Of a stretch of DNA of 64,000 nt, positions 43,750 through 52,192 are shown piece by piece. This stretch comes from an uncultured Actinomycetes bacterium. Lineage in GTDB: Bacteria; Actinomycetota; Actinomycetes; Streptosporangiales; Streptosporangiaceae. The position numbers and the translations under genes are program-made. The notes beneath the pieces are model-generated. The model was given only the letters and a program-made list of their open reading frames with translations. It had not been told where the DNA came from and searched no databases. The stretch is from contig CAWBBE010000005.1 in the NCBI GenBank assembly GCA_963786975.1, positions 17,826-81,825 on the forward strand, read 5' to 3'. Positions within the stretch are counted from its first letter, which is position 1; each line of letters starts with the position of its first letter.

Positions 43750-45246
43750 ATGAGCGGTGACGGGCCCGCCGGGGTGGTCTTTCCGGCGTCAGCGGACGGG
43801 CGGCGGAGCACCTCGGCGGTGGGCAGCGCCGTGGTCGCCGACGCGCTGCGCCGGGCCGACCCGGCCGGGGCCCTGGATGCGGAGCGGGATGCGAACTGGC
43901 GCACGGGCTACCTGGTGCATTTCCGCCGCCTCGTCGAAGCAGGGCTGGCATCGCAGGACGCCGCGGTATCGGTTGCCCGCGACGGGCTGGAGTCGCTGCA
44001 CCGCCGGATGCGCGTCGTGCCACCGGCGGGTGCGGAGACCGGACTCGACATGCTGCTCTCGGCACCGGCGCAGCGGTCCTTGGAAACGGCCACGGTGCCC
44101 GGCGGCGGGGCGGCGGTCGCCGAGTTGTCGCTGCCCTACCACGGCGAGGCGCTGCGCGGCGGCGCCTTGTCGCGCAGGCTGCAGGAGTGGGTGCACGGCG
44201 GGGTGATAGAGCCGTCCTGCGCGGACGCGGTCGCCGAGGTGGCCGCGCATCCGGAGTGGCTCCGGCTGCCCGGCCGGACCGTCGCCGTGCTGGGGGCCGG
44301 CGCTGAGATGGGCCCGGTGCCCGCGCTGCTGAGCTGGGGCGCCCGGGTGATCGCCATCGACCTGCCCCGTCCTGCCATCTGGCAGCGTCTGCTGGACACG
44401 GCGCACCGCAGCGGGGGAACGCTACTGGTCCCCGTCACGCCCAGTAAGCCGGGCCGTAACCAGCCCGGACGGAGCGACGAGCCAATCGCTCAGCACGCCG
44501 GCGTCGACCTGATTAGCGATATCCCCGCGGTCGCCTGCTGGCTGGCCGCATTCGACGGCCCGCTGGTGCTGGGCAGCTATGCCTACGCTGACGGCGCGGC
44601 CAACGTGCGCGTCTCCGCCGCCGCCGATGCGCTGACCGTGCGCCTGCAGGCCGAGCGCGAGAACATCGCGCTCGCGTTCCTCGCGACACCGACCGACGTG
44701 TTCGCTGTCCCGGCTGATGCCGTCGCGCAGTCGGCCCGTGCCTACGCGACCCGGTCGCGGGCAGCCAAGCTGGCCGGCCTGCCGTTGCGGACGCTGTCCG
44801 GCGGGCGCCTGCTCCGCCGCGCCTACCCGCCCGGCGCCGACCCCGGCATCAACGACAGCCTGGTGCTACAGCAGGGTCCCAACTATGCGCTCGCGAAGCG
44901 GCTGCAGCGCTGGCGCGCCACGGTCGCCAGGGCCGGCGGCGCCACCGTGTCGATGAACATCGCCCCGCCGACCCGCACCCGGTCGGTCATGAAGAACCGG
45001 GCGCTGGCCGCCGCGTATGCCGGCGCGCACCGGTTCGGCGTCGAGGTCTTCGAGCCTGCCACCTCCAGGGTGCTCATGGCCGTCCTGCTCGTCCATGACC
45101 TGCACACCGGCGGCCCGGCGCACCCCCATCCCTGGCAGGACGAGGCACACGCGGCCGCGCATGGCGGGCTGTGGCGCATCGCATACGCCCCCCGCAGCGC
45201 GCTCGGGCTCGCGGCGGCGCTCGGCTACCGCGCAGCCAGAAAATGA
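43750..45246 (+). CDS. Hypothetical protein (498 aa) with a Rossmann-like GxGxxG segment
   Basis: ORF 43471..45246 trimmed to ATG 43750 (AGGAG SD). RTVAVLGAGAEMGPVPALLSWGARVIAIDL. No family recognised. Confidence 0.6.
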   Translation: MSGDGPAGVVFPASADGRRSTSAVGSAVVADALRRADPAGALDAERDANWRTGYLVHFRRLVEAGLASQDAAVSVARDGLESLHRRMRVVPPAGAETGLDMLLSAPAQRSLETATVPGGGAAVAELSLPYHGEALRGGALSRRLQEWVHGGVIEPSCADAVAEVAAHPEWLRLPGRTVAVLGAGAEMGPVPALLSWGARVIAIDLPRPAIWQRLLDTAHRSGGTLLVPVTPSKPGRNQPGRSDEPIAQHAGVDLISDIPAVACWLAAFDGPLVLGSYAYADGAANVRVSAAADALTVRLQAERENIALAFLATPTDVFAVPADAVAQSARAYATRSRAAKLAGLPLRTLSGGRLLRRAYPPGADPGINDSLVLQQGPNYALAKRLQRWRATVARAGGATVSMNIAPPTRTRSVMKNRALAAAYAGAHRFGVEVFEPATSRVLMAVLLVHDLHTGGPAHPHPWQDEAHAAAHGGLWRIAYAPRSALGLAAALGYRAARK

Positions 45247-45372
45247 CGCGTCCGCTCAGCCAGCGCCCGTACGCTCCAGCGCAGCAGCCACCATGCAACG
45301 GGGCCAGGCGGCTCTGCCCGCAGCCAATCTAGGCCATACGCGGAATCGCGGATGAGTTCCGGCCCGCCCGCT

Positions 45373-47001
45373 TCACTCCATCAAGCCGACGAACCGCAGC
45401 CATTCGTTTCCAACGCGCCCTGCTCGCAACGGCTCCAAGTCCGGATCCGTACGCAGCCAGTCGAGTTCAAGCGTATTCCGTGGATCGCGCACCAGAATCC
45501 CGAGCTCAAATATCGCCGCGCGCGCGCAATCATCTTGCCAGTCCCCGGGATTACTGCGAAAGTCCTCGGGGATCTGATCCGCTTTGAGATTTATCGCAAG
45601 TGAAAAGAAGCACGCTGCATTGAAGTGGGCTAGCCAGCCCATTTTACGACGTCGTTCCCGAGCATAACGAGGGTCTATCCGTGCTACATTATTAACAGAT
45701 CTCAGGTGAAACGCATGATTATGCGCGGAGCTCGATGCATCTCGATGACCTTGCTCGGGATAGAGCAGCCGCGTAAAACTCGATTCTCTGCTCTTTTCCG
45801 CACTCTTACCTCGGACCTCGTTGGTGAATCGCCCCACGAGATCCGCCACCTGAGCGGCATCTTCGTGCTGCTCAAGCGAGCGAGAGAGCTCGGTCACAAG
45901 TTCGCCGATCTTTACGGCGTTCCGGTATGTCGCTCGCTTGGTGACACGTCCAGGCAGCCATGGCTGGAGCCAGGATCGCCAGTAGCGGCGCTCGCCGGAA
46001 TTCCACCGCCCCGGCCTGAAAGTGTGCAGCCATGCAACTGCCAGGTTATTCGGTGCAAGCTGCTCCCTAAGGCTCCTGAGGTGTTGCAGCAACTCGTCAT
46101 GATTAGGGCCTGGCAGATTCTTGAGTGCGTTGCGCAATCTGTACCCGGTCTCTATGTGCCCTGGCCAGAGAGTGCTGCACTTTTGATAGATATCAACCGC
46201 CTTGTCATATTTCTGGGTAAGTTCAAGTAGTGCTGCCCTATGCAACTGAACTAGCAGGTTGCCGGGCTCTATCCCGGCGGCCTCATGAAACCTGTCAAGC
46301 GCCGTTTGATAGATCATCAAGGGAAGGTGCGCTGAACGATTGGTCATGCCGTCAAGCTGATATTCCAAGCCATCACGATAAGCGCGGTAGCCGCTGATGT
46401 CCTCGCTCCAGCGTTCCCAGCGAGGAATGCGCCGCTGCACCCTCGGCTGTCGTCGAAAGAAACTGATGCAGAAGCATCCGACGACCTTTACCAGCTCCGC
46501 ATGTTCTGCGTCAGCGAAGGTTCCGGACGTAATAACTCGGTCACCAGGTGTGCGGCTTATGCGAACCACGGCCTGCCGTGCTGGCACCGCGTCGCGATCG
46601 GACCAGTTGACATCCACCACGTACGCTGGCTCACGGGTAAAGGCGAGCCGGAGCAGGGCACCGGCCCAGCCGTCGATCGGGGCCAGCGCTTCAGCCAGAA
46701 CTCCTGGTGCAGCCCTGCCGCCGGCCCCCGGTGCGATGACATAGTCGCCATGGCCGTCCGCGGCAAGGTAGGCGAGCAGCTGCCCGTCCAGCGCCAAATG
46801 CGCGGAGTTTTTGGGGGCATTACCCATTCGTTCACCCAGCCGGATCACCAGTGGCCGTCGGCCACGCTGCTGAATCCTATACCAGATAAACGATACGATG
46901 TGTGTCAGCGCAATTAATATTGCCAATGTCAGGCCCAGTACAAGAGGAACGCTAAAAGCGTCACCAATGGCGTGCCAGACCTGAGTCATATAGTTAGTCA
47001 T
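45373..47001 (-). CDS. Orphan membrane-anchored protein (542 aa) in a low-GC islet
   Basis: ORF 45373..47001. One N-terminal TM (VPLVLGLTLAILIALTHIVSFIWY), with the remainder helical. Several 60-nt lines count about 53 % G+C. An AT-rich spacer follows at 47002-47260. Confidence 0.7.
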   Translation of the reverse strand: MTNYMTQVWHAIGDAFSVPLVLGLTLAILIALTHIVSFIWYRIQQRGRRPLVIRLGERMGNAPKNSAHLALDGQLLAYLAADGHGDYVIAPGAGGRAAPGVLAEALAPIDGWAGALLRLAFTREPAYVVDVNWSDRDAVPARQAVVRISRTPGDRVITSGTFADAEHAELVKVVGCFCISFFRRQPRVQRRIPRWERWSEDISGYRAYRDGLEYQLDGMTNRSAHLPLMIYQTALDRFHEAAGIEPGNLLVQLHRAALLELTQKYDKAVDIYQKCSTLWPGHIETGYRLRNALKNLPGPNHDELLQHLRSLREQLAPNNLAVAWLHTFRPGRWNSGERRYWRSWLQPWLPGRVTKRATYRNAVKIGELVTELSRSLEQHEDAAQVADLVGRFTNEVRGKSAEKSRESSFTRLLYPEQGHRDASSSAHNHAFHLRSVNNVARIDPRYARERRRKMGWLAHFNAACFFSLAINLKADQIPEDFRSNPGDWQDDCARAAIFELGILVRDPRNTLELDWLRTDPDLEPLRAGRVGNEWLRFVGLME

Positions 47002-47567
47002 GGACGAGCGCGGTACCTTTCCTGCAGACCCGATCGTTAACCGATACTGTGCGGACTAGAGTTGCCCAGTGCACTTGGCCCCGGCCCGAGCCGCTGCGCC
47101 AGCCCGGTCACAGAGTAATTTGTAAGGCGCTTATCGCTACATTAGACGCCGAGTTCCCGCGTCCGTATGGCTGCACAAAAGTTACGATATGATAACAACG
47201 CCAAGAGCATCCGCACTTAAGATATCCCGGATCGAACATATGGCCCGGCCGGCGGACGCGGGACGCTCGCTAATCGGCCACTCGTTGACTTGTGCCGGGC
47301 CGGGTAGAACTGCCGTGCTGCCGCCTGGCGACGACACGGCTGCCGGTTGCCGCACCTTTACCGCAGCATGCCAGCCTCATTTTCGTGCGAACCCGTAAGG
47401 CTGACCGGAGGAGCAATGAGCTCGCCGGAAGACCGACCACGGCCGGCACCTTCAGCTTCACCATGCGGCTCGCCGGCTGACGCCGGTCAGCAGGCAACCC
47501 AGCAATTCAAGCTCACCATCGATCGGTAGCGCCGGGCGACGGTCGCGTCCCAGGGTGCCGTGCAGCT

Positions 47568-47593
47568 CCCGAGTTGGGCCGACTTGGTGCGCA
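47568..47593. promoter_or_regulatory. 26-nt motif CCCGAGTTGGGCCGACTTGGTGCGCA
   Basis: 25/26 identical to 18753-18778. Lies 30 nt upstream of the oxidoreductase ATG. Confidence 0.5.
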
Positions 47594-47622
47594 GCTAAAC
47601 CACGGTGCAGACTCGGAGAAGT

Positions 47623-48576
47623 ATGGAGGCGGGTATAGCCGTGACGGTCCCGGCCACGATGATGGCGCTGCGCGCGCATGCCCGCGGCGGGGCGGAGCAG
47701 CTGGTATTCGAGCAGGCCCCGGTCCCGGTACCTGGGCCTGGCGAGGCCCTGGTGGAGGTGCATGCGGCCGGCATCACGTTCGCCGAGCTGACCTGGGACC
47801 TGTCGTGGACCACCCGGGACGGCCGGGACCGCACGCCGGTCATCCCCTCGCACGAGGTGTCCGGCGTTGTTCGCGGGCTGGGCCAGAACGCGCGTGGACT
47901 GTCCATCGGGGCGGAGGTGTACGGCCTCATCGCGTTCGACCGGAACGGGGCCGCCGCCGGCTACGTGACGGCCCCGGCGGCCGACTTGGCGGACCGGCCG
48001 CGCTCGGTATCCCATGCGCAGGCCGCGTCGCTGCCCCTGGCCGCGCTCACGGCCTGGCAGGCGCTGACGGATCACGCCGGGCTGCGGCCGGGCGAACGCG
48101 TCCTCGTCCAGGGCGGGGCCGGCGGCGTGGGGGTGTACGCGGTCCAGCTCGCCGCGATCCTCGGCGCGGACGTCACCGCCACCGGACGCGCCGGGCAGGG
48201 CGACTTCGTCCGGTCCCTGGGCGCGCGGACGTTCACCGAGGATGCCGGGGGCGTCGGGGATGGGTTCGATGTTGTCGTTGACACGGTCGGCGGGCCGGTG
48301 CTTGCGGCGTCCTACGGTCTCACCCGGCGCGGCGGCCGGCTAGTGACGCTCGGCAGCCCGCCGTCGGCGCAGCGCGCTGAGCAGCTCGGCATCCACGCGG
48401 TGTTTTTCGTGGTCACCCCGGACGCGGCAGAGCTTTCCCGGCTGGCCGGGCTCACCGACTCCGGCAAGCTCCGGCCGGTGGTGAGCCAGGTCTTCCCGCT
48501 TCGCGAGGGCCGCGAGGCGTTCGAGAGCGGCGCCCGGCCGCACCCGCCAGGCAAGACGGTACTGCTCGTTCGCTGA
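47623..48576 (+). CDS. NADPH:quinone oxidoreductase / zinc-type alcohol dehydrogenase superfamily (MDR)
   Basis: ORF 47605..48576. PGPGEALVEVHAAGI, IPSHEVSGVV, VLVQGGAGGVGVYAVQLA and a C-terminal GKTVLLV. Confidence 0.9.
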   Translation: MEAGIAVTVPATMMALRAHARGGAEQLVFEQAPVPVPGPGEALVEVHAAGITFAELTWDLSWTTRDGRDRTPVIPSHEVSGVVRGLGQNARGLSIGAEVYGLIAFDRNGAAAGYVTAPAADLADRPRSVSHAQAASLPLAALTAWQALTDHAGLRPGERVLVQGGAGGVGVYAVQLAAILGADVTATGRAGQGDFVRSLGARTFTEDAGGVGDGFDVVVDTVGGPVLAASYGLTRRGGRLVTLGSPPSAQRAEQLGIHAVFFVVTPDAAELSRLAGLTDSGKLRPVVSQVFPLREGREAFESGARPHPPGKTVLLVR

Positions 48577-48688
48577 CCGTGCAGTGATCAGCCGCTCCTC
48601 AGCTGGCTCACCGGGGGAGCGCTGGTGAGTTCTCCCCCGCTTCGCGTGCCGGGCTGTGTGATCGGCCGCCTGAGCCACCATGCCCGGT

Positions 48689-48729
48689 GCGCTGGCCCGC
48701 GCCCACCTGGGAGCGACGCGGGCCAGCGC
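48689..48729. terminator. Strong hairpin between convergent genes (possible bidirectional terminator)
   Basis: GCGCTGGCCCGCG-N15-CGCGGGCCAGCGC, a perfect 13-bp stem. No T-tract, as is usual in high-GC actinobacteria. Confidence 0.5.
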
Positions 48730-48760
48730 CAGTCCGAACGCCGGGCCCGGGCCTTGCCTG

Positions 48761-49891
48761 TCAGCCGTTCCTAAGGGTGAGCGGGTTGACCGCGCCCGAG
48801 ACGCCGCTGTACCCGGCAGCCCAGACAATCGCGGCGCCAGGGCTGGCGGATACCGACGTCAGGCTGCTGGCGCTGCCCACGTTGGGGCTGGGCACGGTCG
48901 TCCAGGTGGTGCCGTCCCAGTGCAGGGTGAGGGTCTGCGGCCCGGTGGTGTACCCCACGGCCCACACGTCGGAGGCCGAGCGGGCGGTGATCCCGGTGAG
49001 CGTGCCGGCTGCCGGGCTGGGCGTAATGGTCCACGCGGTGCCGTTCCAGTGCGCGATGAGCGGCCCGGACGGGCTGTTGCCGGCCGCCCACACGTTGGCC
49101 GGGCTTATCGCGTCAGCCGATGTGAAGACGGCGCCGGTGACCTGCGGCATCGTGACCAGGTGCCACGCGGTGCCGTCCCAGTGCACGGAGTACGGGTCCC
49201 ATATGCTGCCGTAGACGGTTTGCAGGTAGGTCCCGATGATCCACACGTTGCTGGCCGAGGTGGCGGAGATCGCGTTCATCGTGTTCTCGGCGAACGTGTC
49301 CCCGTTGGGCTCAGGGAACGGCGGCTGGTCCGCGGGCCTGTTCCAGGCGGTGCCGTTCCACTGCTCGAACAGCCCGAATGCCGCCGAGGCTTCGTTGCCG
49401 ATCACATACGCGTTCGTGGAACTGATATCGGCCACGCCGACCAGGGCGGTGCCCGGGTTCAGAGGCAGCGGGTCTGGCACGTTCGTCCAGGTCGAGCCGT
49501 CCCAGTGGACCGTCAACGGGCCAAAGTAACCGGGGTGCTTGACGAGGTTGGTGGTCCCGACCGCCCACGCGTCGGTGGCGCTGCTCGAGCTCACCCAGCC
49601 CAGGTGGACGCCGTTGGTGGCCGGGAAGCTCGGCGGGGTCGCCTGCGACCACGCCGTCCCGTTCCAGTGATCGATGAGCGGCAGCGAGGGCACTTTGCTT
49701 GTTTGCTGGCCCACGCTTCCGACCGCCCAGGCATCAGCGTCGGTGCGGGCGGCGATGCCGTTTATGTAGGCGTCCTGCCCGGCCGGCGGGGATGGGGCGA
49801 CGGTCCAGGCGGCCGCCGCGAGCGCCGGTCCGGCTCCGAATAAGGCTGCGGCGGCCGCCGCGGTTCCAACTGCGAGCGTAGAACGAAGCAC
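48761..49891 (-). CDS. Secreted repeat protein (about 7 HWDGTAW-type blades)
   Basis: ORF 48761..49891 with GTG after AAGGGGGAA. Signal peptide ..GPALAAAAW. Recurring [HQ]W[ND]GT[AT]W and D[AV]WAVG about every 45-50 aa. Confidence 0.8.
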   Translation of the reverse strand: MLRSTLAVGTAAAAAALFGAGPALAAAAWTVAPSPPAGQDAYINGIAARTDADAWAVGSVGQQTSKVPSLPLIDHWNGTAWSQATPPSFPATNGVHLGWVSSSSATDAWAVGTTNLVKHPGYFGPLTVHWDGSTWTNVPDPLPLNPGTALVGVADISSTNAYVIGNEASAAFGLFEQWNGTAWNRPADQPPFPEPNGDTFAENTMNAISATSASNVWIIGTYLQTVYGSIWDPYSVHWDGTAWHLVTMPQVTGAVFTSADAISPANVWAAGNSPSGPLIAHWNGTAWTITPSPAAGTLTGITARSASDVWAVGYTTGPQTLTLHWDGTTWTTVPSPNVGSASSLTSVSASPGAAIVWAAGYSGVSGAVNPLTLRNG

Positions 49892-50030
49892 CGGATTCCC
49901 CCTTTGGGATAGTCGTGCCAGTTCCTCCTGCTACAGCAACGTTGGCCGCAGCGGCAACGGTTCAGCGAATCGGCAACTGGCGGCAGCCGCGTACAGCGGG
50001 CCGCTGCCGCCCGGCCGGCGCGGGCGCGGC

Positions 50031-50729
50031 TTATGCCGCCCGGAAACTGCCGTCTGCCGGGTCCTGCCCGCCGTTCGCGCCGCTGAGCCGGTAATAGATC
50101 AGCGTCACCACAAGGGCGAGGTACGGGGCGATGACGGTTCCCGACACCACGGTGCTCAGCCCGCTTCGCCACAGTGCCGGCAAAGCCACGAAAATGAGCC
50201 CGAGCAGGATGTCCACCACGATCAGGATCAAGAACACCAGCACCAGCGTGCCGAACACATGCCAGCCGTGGCCCCGGACAAGCTGCTGGCTGCGCCCGAA
50301 CGATGCCAGCGCTCCGGACCGCTCGATGACGATGACGGGCACGATGACGGCCCAGATGGTGATGAGGAAAAGGCCGGGCACGATGAACAGGATGAGCCCG
50401 ATCGTGATCGCGATGCCGGCCAGGATCGAAGCCCCGGCGACGGGCCAAAGGGAGGGAGCGGCCGCGGACACGGTCCCGCCGAGAGACAGGTCAGCGCGGC
50501 CGTCTCGCACGTCCTGCACCGCCTTTACCAGCGCCGCCTGCAGCAGGAACGCCGCGAAGAGCTCCACGACGGAGGCAAGCAGCGCCCCGAAGATCCCCCC
50601 GGCCAGCGCGAGCAGCGCTGCCACGACCGCGGCCGCCAGGTAGATGACAAAGGCGATCACCAGAAGATGCGCGGCATGCGCCCGGTACAGCTTCCATGCC
50701 TCGCCGAGCACACCTGAAAGCGGGTTCAT
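50031..50729 (-). CDS. Integral membrane protein, hypothetical
   Basis: ORF 50031..50795 trimmed to ATG 50729. Five or six TM helices. Layout reminiscent of DUF975/GdpP-membrane-domain-like proteins. Confidence 0.7.
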   Translation of the reverse strand: MNPLSGVLGEAWKLYRAHAAHLLVIAFVIYLAAAVVAALLALAGGIFGALLASVVELFAAFLLQAALVKAVQDVRDGRADLSLGGTVSAAAPSLWPVAGASILAGIAITIGLILFIVPGLFLITIWAVIVPVIVIERSGALASFGRSQQLVRGHGWHVFGTLVLVFLILIVVDILLGLIFVALPALWRSGLSTVVSGTVIAPYLALVVTLIYYRLSGANGGQDPADGSFRAA

Positions 50730-51196
50730 GGCCGTGATCTTACCGGTAACAGAACCGGCAAACCGGTCACGACATGAACCGGGCCCCAGCCGCACCAGCT
50801 ACGAGCCTGCGCACGCCGCGCCTTCGGGGCGGATCAGGAGCCACGGAACTGGCCCGGCGAACGCTCCACCGGTCAGGTGCGGACGTCCAGCACTCAAAAG
50901 TCCGGCCGGCTATCGATGATCGGCCACGCGAATGGGACGGCTGGCGATCAGCAAATACTCACCAACTGTCCAGGTTACGTATAGCAAGCCTCCAGCTAGT
51001 AATCAGGTTCGCTGATGATACTGGGCTGTGTCGCCACCCGGCGCGGTGTCACCTAGCCGCGCCGGGGGAGCCCGACACGGCGGGCCCCGCCGGCCAGCGC
51101 CGACATCCTGCGCCGGCGGGGCGCGCTGCAAGGCCCGCCAGCCCGCCGCGGCCGGCGCTCGCGCTTCAGCCTGCCCGTTCCGGGTACTTTGAGTGC

Positions 51197-51640
51197 ATGG
51201 CGCATCCGAGGCTGCCTGCTTCAGCCCGGGTTCCCATTGGGCTCGAGATCTCCGAGGCTGACGCCGCGGGGATAGACGAGGTGCTGGCGCGGCCCGAGTT
51301 CGCCGGGTGGACCCGCTCTGAGTGGTGCAGGGAGATCATCCGGACTGCCCTGCGGTACTACGTAGGAGACGCCCTGGCGGCTGATCCGCGCCAGGCTCGC
51401 TCCGCCGAGATGCCTGCCGCCCCGCAGCCCGCTTCACCCGGCCAGCCACCCGCGGCGACGGCCGCCAGCCCGCCGAGCGCTGCCGCGGACGTGCCCAGCC
51501 CGGCTGCCCCGGCCAGCGCCGGCCAGCCCGTGCCTCCTGCGCGCGAGCCACCGGCCCAGCCTGCGTGCCCGCATCCAGCCGACGCGCGGGACTACGAAAC
51601 CGGCACCTGCGCCGCGTGCGGAGCCATCCTCTGGGACTGA
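51197..51640 (+). CDS. Ribbon-helix-helix-like protein with Pro-rich linker and C-terminal Cys cluster, hypothetical
   Basis: ORF 50774..51640 trimmed to ATG 51197. RVPIGLEISEADAAGIDEVL...WTRSEWCREIIRTALRYY looks like an RHH. The tail is CPHPADARDYETGTCAACG. Weak SD. Confidence 0.4.
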   Translation: MAHPRLPASARVPIGLEISEADAAGIDEVLARPEFAGWTRSEWCREIIRTALRYYVGDALAADPRQARSAEMPAAPQPASPGQPPAATAASPPSAAADVPSPAAPASAGQPVPPAREPPAQPACPHPADARDYETGTCAACGAILWD

Positions 51641-51777
51641 GCCAGGCCAGCGCACGCCCTGGCCTGATCCGGCGCGGCCATAGCCCGCAGGCTTGAGCCC
51701 AGCTCAGAGCAGCTCGGAGGCACGCTGACATCTTGACAGCGATACCGGGAACCAGGCGCTGAAGGACGCCGCGGCGG

Positions 51778-52032
51778 TCAGCGGCGCCGTCGTCCGACAG
51801 CCTGGGGGGCCGCCAGGCGCCCGCGGTCGTCCTCGATGAAGGCAACGTCGTGCACGCCGCCGATCGTGCCCTGGAGCAGCGCCTGGGCGTGCAGCCACGT
51901 CCATAGCCGGAGGCCCGCCCGGCGGCTGCCGCTGCGGGTCGTCTCGATCGCCTGCTCGCGCTCGATCGGCTGGCCGGGCCGGTCCTCGGCCGCGCCGCCG
52001 AATCCGCTGCGAACGTCCATGTACTGCGTCAT
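51778..52032 (-). CDS. Small protein, member D of the three-member family
   Basis: ATG 52032 after AGGAG. MTQYMDVRSGFGGAAEDRPGQ... then RLWTWLHAQALLQGTIGGVHDVAFIEDDRGRLAA. Confidence 0.5.
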   Translation of the reverse strand: MTQYMDVRSGFGGAAEDRPGQPIEREQAIETTRSGSRRAGLRLWTWLHAQALLQGTIGGVHDVAFIEDDRGRLAAPQAVGRRRR

Positions 52033-52084
52033 GCCAAGCTCCTGGCAGTTGCCGATCTGGGTTACCTTCAGCCTCGGTCTGCCG

Positions 52085-52116
52085 GGCCTGCCATTCATCG
52101 GTCAGGTGCCCTAATC
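52085..52116 (-). promoter_or_regulatory. Conserved 32-nt upstream element of the small-protein family (copy 1)
   Basis: Plus-strand GGCCTGCCATTCATCGGTCAGGTGCCCTAATC is 31/32 identical to 56917-56948. There are 52 nt between the element and the ATG. Confidence 0.55.
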
Positions 52117-52192
52117 CGCCGGTAAACAGGTACTTACTCCGGACGAGGCGCACGGTGCCGGGCAGCCCACGCCGGTCCGTGAGCTGCCGGTC

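Noticed and set aside
52033-52098. The longer ORF 51778..52098 starting at the ATGAAT inside the leader element.
   Set aside because: In the paralogous locus the same ATGAAT frame stops after 6 codons. The extension is therefore not conserved as protein. The internal ATG at 52032 has the good SD.
52085-52116. Reading the conserved leader element as a sigma-28/WhiG-type promoter (TAAA..GCCGATAA) or a HrdB-type promoter.
   Set aside because: CCGATGAA resembles the sigma-28 -10, but the only TTAG/TAAA-like sequence is 9 nt away, not about 15. No TTGACA-like hexamer sits 16-18 nt upstream of ATGAAT in either copy.
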